DNA of 64,000 bases, from the NCBI GenBank assembly GCA_050916045.1, contig CP051526.1, forward strand, positions 4,020,154-4,084,153, written 5' to 3'. This document shows, piece by piece, positions 57,400-64,000 of this stretch. A program made the position numbers and the translations under genes. Each line of letters begins with the position of its first letter. Position 1 is the stretch's first letter. The notes under the pieces are model-generated. The model was not told where the DNA came from. It did no database searches and worked only from the letters and a program-made list of their open reading frames with translations. This DNA is from Tepidisphaera sp. (GTDB lineage: Bacteria; Planctomycetota; Phycisphaerae; Phycisphaerales; UBA1924).

Positions 57400-57996
57400 A
57401 TGCGCACCGTCTCCCGCTCCCTGTCGATCGCCGCTCTCGCCGCCCTGGCCGCGTTGCCTCTGGCCGGCTGCTATTCCAACTGGCCGCCCATCGAGGGCAC
57501 GGGCCGCACCGAGCTGAACAACGTTCACACCCGCGGCGCCCTCGTGGCCGCCGGCAAGTGGGCTCTGGAGCGGTACAAGCCCGCGACCGCGGTGGCTTTC
57601 AACCTGCCGGCCGACCTCCGCCGGTCGGCGGTCCTTGAGGTGGTTGACCGCATCGGCGAGGGATCTCAGCCGCTCACGCCCGAATCGGCGCAGCAGCTTC
57701 CGATCTTCCACCTCGCCCGCATCTGGATCCGCAACGACCGCGCGGAGCTTGACGTAATCGTTCCGACGACCGACGGCACCTACGCGATGACGCAGCTTCG
57801 GCTCACCGGCCGCTTCAACGAGTGGCGCGTCGAGGTCGCTCGCGAGTGGGAGACGCTCGTCCGCCCGGTGCCCGAACTGGCGTACCTGCCCGAGACCGAC
57901 ATGCCGCCCCAGCCCGACGACGGCACCATGAAGCCGTGGCAGGAGAAGATCCGCGGCACGAACCTGCCGGTCGAAGAAGCCGGTCCGCCCAACTAA
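57400..57996 (+). CDS. hypothetical lipoprotein
   Basis: Lipobox LAGC. Confidence 0.78.
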   Translation: MRTVSRSLSIAALAALAALPLAGCYSNWPPIEGTGRTELNNVHTRGALVAAGKWALERYKPATAVAFNLPADLRRSAVLEVVDRIGEGSQPLTPESAQQLPIFHLARIWIRNDRAELDVIVPTTDGTYAMTQLRLTGRFNEWRVEVAREWETLVRPVPELAYLPETDMPPQPDDGTMKPWQEKIRGTNLPVEEAGPPN

Positions 57997-58031
57997 AGCC
58001 AATCCGGCCGCCGAAGCATGCACGCCGAAGC

Positions 58032-58859
58032 TCACTTGATCGGTTCGCCCCGCAAGTGCCGCGTCATGTCCCGCATGACAAGGGTCATGCGCCCCCGCTG
58101 CTGCGCGGAAGCCTGCTTGGCGATGGTGTCGTTGAGGGTCAGGACCATCCGACCCGTGTTTCGGCCTAGTCGCTCGCGGTCCTGCTTCTTGATCCATTCC
58201 TTGCCGCGCTCGGCTTCCTCTTTCCCCTCTTCGACGATCTGCTCGTCGGTTTTGTCCGTCTCGCGGCCGTCGAGCGCGTCCATGGTCTTGAAGAGCGCGA
58301 CAAAAGAGGACTCGATGGCTTTCTCGCGGTCTTCGGGAGAGGATTTCTCGTACTTCACCGCTTCGCGATCAAGGACATCCAGGACGAGCTTGGAAGCGTT
58401 CTTCTCGAGCTGTTTCCGCGCCTGCCCGGTGATCCCGGCGGCGAACGCCGCGACAAGCTCGGACTCGGACCCATCCATTGACTTGAACCGTCCGACCAAC
58501 TCCTTGATCAGCCTCAGGCGCTCGTCGATCGGGAGGTTGTTGAATTCCTCGCTGAGCATCGTGAAATCAAGGACATCCTCGAACGGATCGACGAGGTAGT
58601 CCGGCTGGGGCTTTGGAGCGAGGGCGAAGTACGCCCCTGCGCCGAGCCCGATGACCAGCACCGCCGCCGCGCCCGCGCTCGCACGCCGGACGTTGCGGGC
58701 ACGCTCGGGCGTCGCCGACGCCCAGGCACGCCAGGCCAGCACCCGCGACTCCCACGCGCGATTCAGCCGCTGACGGAGCGGGATGCGGGCCGGTTGCACC
58801 GGGATCTGAAGCCCTTCAAGCAGCGACCCCTGACCGAATTGGTTTGTCGGTTCGTTCAT
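58032..58859 (-). CDS. hypothetical single-TM alpha-helical protein
   Basis: One TM segment then a charged helical domain; starts 10 bp after the prepilin gene. Confidence 0.75.
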   Translation of the reverse strand: MNEPTNQFGQGSLLEGLQIPVQPARIPLRQRLNRAWESRVLAWRAWASATPERARNVRRASAGAAAVLVIGLGAGAYFALAPKPQPDYLVDPFEDVLDFTMLSEEFNNLPIDERLRLIKELVGRFKSMDGSESELVAAFAAGITGQARKQLEKNASKLVLDVLDREAVKYEKSSPEDREKAIESSFVALFKTMDALDGRETDKTDEQIVEEGKEEAERGKEWIKKQDRERLGRNTGRMVLTLNDTIAKQASAQQRGRMTLVMRDMTRHLRGEPIK

Positions 58860-58868
58860 CGTGCTTTC

Positions 58869-59603
58869 CTAGAAGCCGGGGCCACCGCTTGTCCGAGCGA
58901 TCTCGGCGAAGATCGACTCGGCTTCGTCGGAATCGATCGTGCGGAGCCAGTCCGCTCGCCAGTCCTTGAAATACAGCGCGTTCTTCTTGTCGCCCGGTGT
59001 TCTGCGGAGCGTGTGCCAGTCCTGCGCATCCATGAGCACCGCGAGGTCCTTCGGATACCGGTCGTAGACGCCGGTGACGACCCGGGCGACTTTCTCGCGC
59101 GGGATCAGGAGGTTGGCTTCCGAAACCAGCATGAGCGCCCCCGGCCCATACTCGTAGCTCGTGCCGTACGTCCGCCACACGGGGTCAAAGTTCGCCTCCG
59201 CGTCATTCGAAACGCGATCCTCGGGGCAGATCCAAGGGTCGGTGGCGAGGAACTTGCCGTCCTCATCCTTCCGCGGCACCGCCGCATCGACGAAATCGGC
59301 GAGCACATCCAACAAAGAGGGATCGTTCTGGTTCCCCCCCGAATCATGAAGCGGGAGCACGTGCGGAAGCACGCCCTTGCTCGCCGACTGCATGTACGCG
59401 GCGATCCCCACACCGATCCCGCGGAGATTCGACAGACACTTCACGTGCCGGCCCTGCTTGCGCACCGAGCCCAGCGCCGGCATCAGCAGGCCAACCAGGA
59501 TCCCAATGATCGAGATCACGACCAAAAGCTCGATCAGCGTGAATGCAGGACCCGTTGCGCCGCGGCGCAAAGCCCGCACGGGTTTGAAAGGCCTCCGCAT
59601 CAC
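58869..59603 (-). CDS. type II secretion/prepilin-type protein (planctomycete DUF1559-like)
   Basis: AFTLIELLVVISIIGILVGLLMPAL, CLSNLR and C-terminal H..N.L+.D..A motifs. Confidence 0.9.
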   Translation of the reverse strand: MMRRPFKPVRALRRGATGPAFTLIELLVVISIIGILVGLLMPALGSVRKQGRHVKCLSNLRGIGVGIAAYMQSASKGVLPHVLPLHDSGGNQNDPSLLDVLADFVDAAVPRKDEDGKFLATDPWICPEDRVSNDAEANFDPVWRTYGTSYEYGPGALMLVSEANLLIPREKVARVVTGVYDRYPKDLAVLMDAQDWHTLRRTPGDKKNALYFKDWRADWLRTIDSDEAESIFAEIARTSGGPGF

Positions 59604-59731
59604 GATCCTTCAGCGTATCACGCCCCGCCCAAGCTCCGGACATCATTTCGAGCACCTGTTCCGGCCAGATGCACATGTCCGACACGATGTTCGGACTTTA
59701 CTCGCACTTTTACGAACGTTCTCGGAAGACC

Positions 59732-62500
59732 TTACCGGCTCAGGCCTGCCCGGTCGCACCCGGCTGGGCGGAACGGGTGACCCTGTTCAGCGCGGACTTG
59801 GCGATCAGCCCGATCACCGCGAGCACGATCAGCGAAGCGACCGCCATGATGACGTAGTACCACCACGGCGTCTGCTTGGCCGCGTCCTTGGCGGACATGT
59901 CGCGGAAAAGCGTCGCGATATAGAGCACCACCGCGGTGCGGGGCGCCATCCCGATCAGCGTGCCCAGCACGTACGTCAACACCGGGACCCGGACGCTCGC
60001 CATCACGAGGTTGGTCAGCGCGAACGGCGAATTCGGCGGCACCCGCACCAGCGTCACGATCGCGAGCGTCTTGAGAAACGATCCGCCGATCAGCGCATCG
60101 TGGACCGCGCGCCACGTCGGCTTCTCCGCGATCATGCTCTTCACGCGGTCCCCCGAGGCGCCCCGGGCGATCCAGTACCCCAGCACCGCCCCGCCGAGAA
60201 AGCCGACCAGCGCTGCCGGAAACCCGATCTTGAACCCGAACGCCCACCCGCCCAGGATCGCCGAGGCGTAGGTCGGCATCACACCAATGCCGGATAGAAG
60301 CACGAAAGCCGTGGCATAGATCAATGGTCCGTTGGACTCGTGCTGACGCAGCCACGTCCCGATCGTGTCCGCGTACACGAGCATGGTCGTCCCGAAAATC
60401 GCGGGAAAGAACGCCCACGCGAGGCCCAGAACACCCGCCGGACCAAGTTTGCGAGCGATCTCGCCCGCACCCTCTTCTTCGGCCTGCGAACGGGGCTTCG
60501 CGGCCTCGGGTGGCTCGGACGGAGCTGAAGTTGTCGTCGGTGGGGTCGGGTTTTCCACGCGGTGAGCGTAGACGCCGCGGCCGATTCCATCGACCAGTCG
60601 TCAAGCGAGCGCCAGACAGGCTTCGGGGCTTGGGCGCCGCCCCGGGAGTGACGGGCATCCCCCCCACTCCGACGACCGTCATCTGCTTGTCGTACTCCAT
60701 CTTGAACTTGTACTCGACCGCGGCGGCTTTCCCGCCGATCGCCTGGGCGGGAACGTCAAGCTCCCACCGGATGACCCCGGTCTTCTTGTCCTTGACGCCC
60801 GGCCGATCGACCTCTTCCTGAACGGCGGGCACGGACGAGTTCAGGATCGTGATCCGGATCTCGTTGTCGCGGCCCACGGGCAGCCGATCGGCCAAGCGGA
60901 CCTTGGCGGGTGACGCCCCGAAGTTCTCGACGCTCAACCGGTTCGCCACCTCGACGAGCTTGTTGCCGCCCTGAACAGTCTCGGTGCGTTCAACCAGGTC
61001 GCGCTGGGCTCGCAAGCTGCTATCGATGCCAAACCCGACCGAGAAGGACTCGCCGGCGGAAACAGTGGGAAGCTCACCGTTGCCCACAAAGGAGCCGCCG
61101 GAGTACGCCGTAAGGGGTCCGGCGAGAAGAACGATCCCGCTTTCGTTGGTGACCTTGGCTTCGTCGTAGACATAGGGAGTGAGCACGGGCGCGGCGACCT
61201 TGGCGTAGTCGGCTTTCATGGGCACGCTCGCGATCTGGATGAGCTGGCGGTCGGTGCGGCTGGGGACGCTGGTGCGGCCGGCGAGGGTGTAGGTGACGCT
61301 GAGGCCTTCCTCGACCGGCTTGATGGCCTTGGATTTGGACGCATCCTCGCGAACGACCTTGTCGGCGGCGACGAGATCGAGGATCTGATCGGCTCTCGCG
61401 ACGTCGTTGAGCTTGAGGTCAAACTGATCGAAGGCGAACTGGGTGTCCTCCGCCTGCACCGCCTGGCCCCCCGCGACGGCGCCGCGTGACGCGGGCGAAT
61501 TGAGCGCGAGGACCTCCATGTTGCGGCGGTTGTCGATGTCGCGGGCCTGCTGCTTGAGCTCGCTCTTGGCGGCCGCGTAGAAGTCCTTCCCGGCCGAGCC
61601 CGTGTCCGCGGGCACGGCGAGGCTGACCTGCATCGGCAGGAGGTCCGGCCCCTTGGCGATCATGGCGGGGGTCGCGGTCGAAAGCTCAACCTGCACGCCG
61701 TCCCAGTCCTCGCCGCTCATCTGGGCGACGGAAGCGAAGTACTCGAGGGTCATTTTGCCGGACTTGATGTCGCCGCGGACGTTGTAGGAGGGGGTCCAGC
61801 TTGCACTGTCAACGAGGTAGCGGAGCTTGAGGGTCGAAGGGGTGGCACCCTCCTTGCTCAGGAAGACGACGGCTTCGCTGACGGTTTTGGCGCTGCCTGC
61901 GGTGAGCTTGTCGCGTTCGCGCTGCTTCTGCTCCATGGCGGCTTGCACCTCGCGGAGCTGTTTGGAGAGGTCCAGAGCCTGCTTGGACATCTCCTCGCGC
62001 TGCTTGAACGAGTAATCGGCGAGAGCGGTGAGGGTCTCGGCGTTGAGGACGCCCTTGCTCATCTCAACCTGAGCGGTCGGCGCGACGAAGTTTTCCATTT
62101 TCTCGAGGTACGCCCGGCGCTCGGCAAGCCGCTGAACGCCGGCGTTGATCTCGGCCATGCGGTCGCCCATCGAGAGGAGTTCGGCGTCGATCTTCCGCAC
62201 GTCTTCGCGCACATCCTGCGCCACCGGTCGCGTGCGGAACTGCACGCTCCGCACCTGGACGCCCGAACCGCCCTCGGCGTACAAGCTGCCCGCGAGCACA
62301 CGCGGCGGCAGGTCGGTGACGACAACCTCGGCGAGCCCGGCGGCCTGCGTCAATTCCAAAGCCCGCGTCACGAGCGCCTGGCCGCGATAGACGGTGACAC
62401 TTTCGATCTTGCCGCGAGCGGACGCGGGCTGGGCGTGGGCGACCCATGCGACGGACGCGGCGAGAGAACAGGCGGTCAGGGTGCGGAGGGACAGGCTCAT
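59732..62500 (-). CDS. DUF4140/DUF4139 (MuiA-family) exported protein; homology ends near 60625 but the frame stays open to 59732
   Basis: IESVTVYRGQALVTR, ASWTPSYN, QMSGEDW..V...LST and GFGID motifs; the last ~297 codons look like off-frame sequence. Confidence 0.85.
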   Translation of the reverse strand: MSLSLRTLTACSLAASVAWVAHAQPASARGKIESVTVYRGQALVTRALELTQAAGLAEVVVTDLPPRVLAGSLYAEGGSGVQVRSVQFRTRPVAQDVREDVRKIDAELLSMGDRMAEINAGVQRLAERRAYLEKMENFVAPTAQVEMSKGVLNAETLTALADYSFKQREEMSKQALDLSKQLREVQAAMEQKQRERDKLTAGSAKTVSEAVVFLSKEGATPSTLKLRYLVDSASWTPSYNVRGDIKSGKMTLEYFASVAQMSGEDWDGVQVELSTATPAMIAKGPDLLPMQVSLAVPADTGSAGKDFYAAAKSELKQQARDIDNRRNMEVLALNSPASRGAVAGGQAVQAEDTQFAFDQFDLKLNDVARADQILDLVAADKVVREDASKSKAIKPVEEGLSVTYTLAGRTSVPSRTDRQLIQIASVPMKADYAKVAAPVLTPYVYDEAKVTNESGIVLLAGPLTAYSGGSFVGNGELPTVSAGESFSVGFGIDSSLRAQRDLVERTETVQGGNKLVEVANRLSVENFGASPAKVRLADRLPVGRDNEIRITILNSSVPAVQEEVDRPGVKDKKTGVIRWELDVPAQAIGGKAAAVEYKFKMEYDKQMTVVGVGGMPVTPGAAPKPRSLSGARLTTGRWNRPRRLRSPRGKPDPTDDNFSSVRATRGREAPFAGRRRGCGRDRSQTWSGGCSGPRVGVLSRDFRDDHARVRGHDRDVAASARVQRTIDLCHGFRASIRHWCDADLRLGDPGRVGVRVQDRVSGSAGRLSRRGGAGVLDRPGRLGGPREEHDRGEADVARGPRCADRRIVSQDARDRDAGAGAAEFAVRADQPRDGERPGPGVDVRAGHADRDGAPHRGGALYRDAFPRHVRQGRGQADAVVVLRHHGGRFADRARGDRADRQVRAEQGHPFRPAGCDRAGLSR
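59740..60558 (-). CDS. VTT/DedA (TVP38/SNARE-associated) membrane protein
   Basis: GGWAFG, LVRVPPNSPFALTN and GTLIGMAPR motifs; multiple TM segments. Confidence 0.88.
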   Translation of the reverse strand: MENPTPPTTTSAPSEPPEAAKPRSQAEEEGAGEIARKLGPAGVLGLAWAFFPAIFGTTMLVYADTIGTWLRQHESNGPLIYATAFVLLSGIGVMPTYASAILGGWAFGFKIGFPAALVGFLGGAVLGYWIARGASGDRVKSMIAEKPTWRAVHDALIGGSFLKTLAIVTLVRVPPNSPFALTNLVMASVRVPVLTYVLGTLIGMAPRTAVVLYIATLFRDMSAKDAAKQTPWWYYVIMAVASLIVLAVIGLIAKSALNRVTRSAQPGATGQA

Positions 62501-62682
62501 GGCAACAGACTCCTTACTGGTTCGTGGCGACGCGCGAAGCAAGCGTGCAGCGCGAGCGGGACGAACTCAGTTCGCGCGCAAATCCGCGATGTTCGTGGCA
62601 TCCGCCGCCGCCATCCGTGATATCATGCCTTCGTCCCCCCGCACTTCCCCCGGACCGAGCCGTCCGGCTCTGGAGGCTTTTC

Positions 62683-63657
62683 GTGATTCCCAAGCCGCCG
62701 CCCCGTGAGGGCTCACTCGGGTTCCTGTTCATCCCGCCCTACCGCGTGCAGGGCATCTCCATCGCCGGCGAGATCACGACCGTCCAGATCCCGGAGCTGG
62801 ACCTGTGCTTTGACATGGGTCAGTGTCCGCGCGCCGCGCTGTCGAGCAAATTCTGCGCGGTCAGCCACGGCCACATGGACCACATCGGCGGCCTCGCGTA
62901 CTACTGCTCGCAGCGGCGCTTCCAGGGAATGGGTGACGCCACGATCGTCTGCGACACGCGCATCGCCAACGACATCAAGAAGATGCTCGCCGGGTTCGTG
63001 GACCTGGAGCGGCAGAAAACCCCGTACAACCTGATCGCGCTCGAACCCGAGCAGTCCGTCGAGATCAAGAACAATTTCTTCCTCAAGGGCTTCCTCACCG
63101 AGCACACCGCACCCTCGATGGGTTACGTCGTCTACGAGAAACGCTCCAAGCTCAAGCCCGAATTCGTCGACATGCCGCAGGAGAAGCTTCGCGAACTCAA
63201 GGACCGCGGCGTCGAGATCACCCGCATCCTGGAGATCCCGCACATTGCCTACCTCGGCGATACCCAGCCCGGCCCGCACCTTATCCGCGAGGATGTTCGC
63301 AAAGCCCAGATCGTGATCTCCGAGTGCACGTTCTTCGAGCCCGATCACAAGGAGCGGGCGAAGATCGGCATGCACCTGCACGTCAGCGACGTCGCCGAGT
63401 GGCTCCGCTTTCTCGAATGTCAGGCTCTGGTGCTCATCCACGTCTCGCGCCGCACGGATCTGGGTTTCGCCCGCAAAGCGATGCTCGACCTGCTCGCGAA
63501 GGACAAAGCCGCAGCGGAGAAGATCTCTCGCGTGCATTTCCTGATGGACTATCGCGCGGCGAAGATGCGCTACGAGCAGCAGACGCAGGAAGCGTTCCTA
63601 CGCGAGCAGGCCGCCGGGCGTCAAGTCCCCGGTGGTCCGCCGCCAATTTCTCGGTAA
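62683..63657 (+). CDS. MBL-fold metallo-hydrolase (RNase Z-like)
   Basis: SHGHMDHIGG, EH..PS.GY, YLGDT, ECTF and LIHVSRR motifs. Confidence 0.88.
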   Translation: MIPKPPPREGSLGFLFIPPYRVQGISIAGEITTVQIPELDLCFDMGQCPRAALSSKFCAVSHGHMDHIGGLAYYCSQRRFQGMGDATIVCDTRIANDIKKMLAGFVDLERQKTPYNLIALEPEQSVEIKNNFFLKGFLTEHTAPSMGYVVYEKRSKLKPEFVDMPQEKLRELKDRGVEITRILEIPHIAYLGDTQPGPHLIREDVRKAQIVISECTFFEPDHKERAKIGMHLHVSDVAEWLRFLECQALVLIHVSRRTDLGFARKAMLDLLAKDKAAAEKISRVHFLMDYRAAKMRYEQQTQEAFLREQAAGRQVPGGPPPISR

Positions 63658-63670
63658 GTCGCTTTTTCGG

Positions 63671-63699
63671 TTGACTTGCCGACGGAGTTTCTGTACGTT
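63671..63699 (+). promoter_or_regulatory. sigma70-type promoter TTGACT-N17-TACGTT
   Basis: -35 at 63671-63676, -10 at 63694-63699, 17-bp spacer; precedes a structured non-coding region. Confidence 0.65.
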
Positions 63700-63705
63700 T
63701 GATCT

Positions 63706-63860
63706 GTGCCACTTCCCGTCGCGGTTCGCCGCTTCGAGAAGCGATCGGTTCGAGCCTTTCGAACCGGGCGTTGCGTCCTTGGTGGGTCGGAACGGCACGT
63801 CACGTCTCGCGGTGGTCGGCTTCCCTCGGGGAAGCCCCGGTGGTCACGAGGTGTGTCATG
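63706..63860 (+). ncRNA. candidate structured leader or ncRNA
   Basis: Nested helices GTGCC/GGCAC, CGCTTC/GAAGCG, CGGTTCGA/TCGAACCG, GGCTTCCC/GGGAAGCC and CACGTCTCG/CGAGGTGTG. Confidence 0.5.
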
Positions 63861-64000
63861 ATGGTGGTTCGTTGTCCTTTTCCCGCGCCCTGCGGGTTGT
63901 CGTCGTTTCGTCTTCTCCCTCCGCCGTTCACTGACGTCGGATCCGTCTTGCCGCGCGCCGTCCCCCCCTTCCTTCCGGTCTCTCTGCGAATCGCCCCCCG

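Noticed and set aside
60623..60625. Alternative genetic code with CGA as stop
   Set aside because: CGA is used as Arg inside other intact genes in the window, and those genes end in standard stop codons.
1..64000. tRNA, rRNA, prophage, integron or defence island
   Set aside because: I recognised no cloverleaf, rRNA, integrase, transposase, phage or defence-gene signatures by eye.

Overview
High-GC bacterial chromosomal window, very probably from a Phycisphaerales planctomycete. The evidence is a C-terminal GC-type dockerin protein, a long insertion-bearing LepB, a CPxCGYD...CPECG zinc-ribbon membrane protein and a prepilin-type protein. It is densely packed with about 57 mostly core genes: thiC under a TPP riboswitch, purEK, class II DAHP synthase, lpdA, acs, bamA, gatCA, family-4 UDG, mutY, cdaA-cdaR, mqnB, ubiX and pilMNO-X-pilB. 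I found no rRNA, tRNA, CRISPR array, transposase, integrase or prophage. The most notable observations are: (1) two secreted animal-type GH56 hyaluronidase-like proteins, one with an N-terminal dockerin-like module; (2) a perfect 14-nt inverted repeat that makes the 3' UTR of the first GH56 mRNA complementary to its own ribosome-binding site; (3) two candidate stand-alone sRNAs and a promoter-driven structured RNA at the right edge; (4) an active 4-PDZ HtrA lipoprotein next to a catalytically dead trypsin-fold protein; (5) a histone H1-like small basic protein; (6) an apparent lost stop codon in a DUF4139/MuiA gene that now reads through the downstream VTT gene. All calls come from motif recognition by eye. 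No database searches were run.
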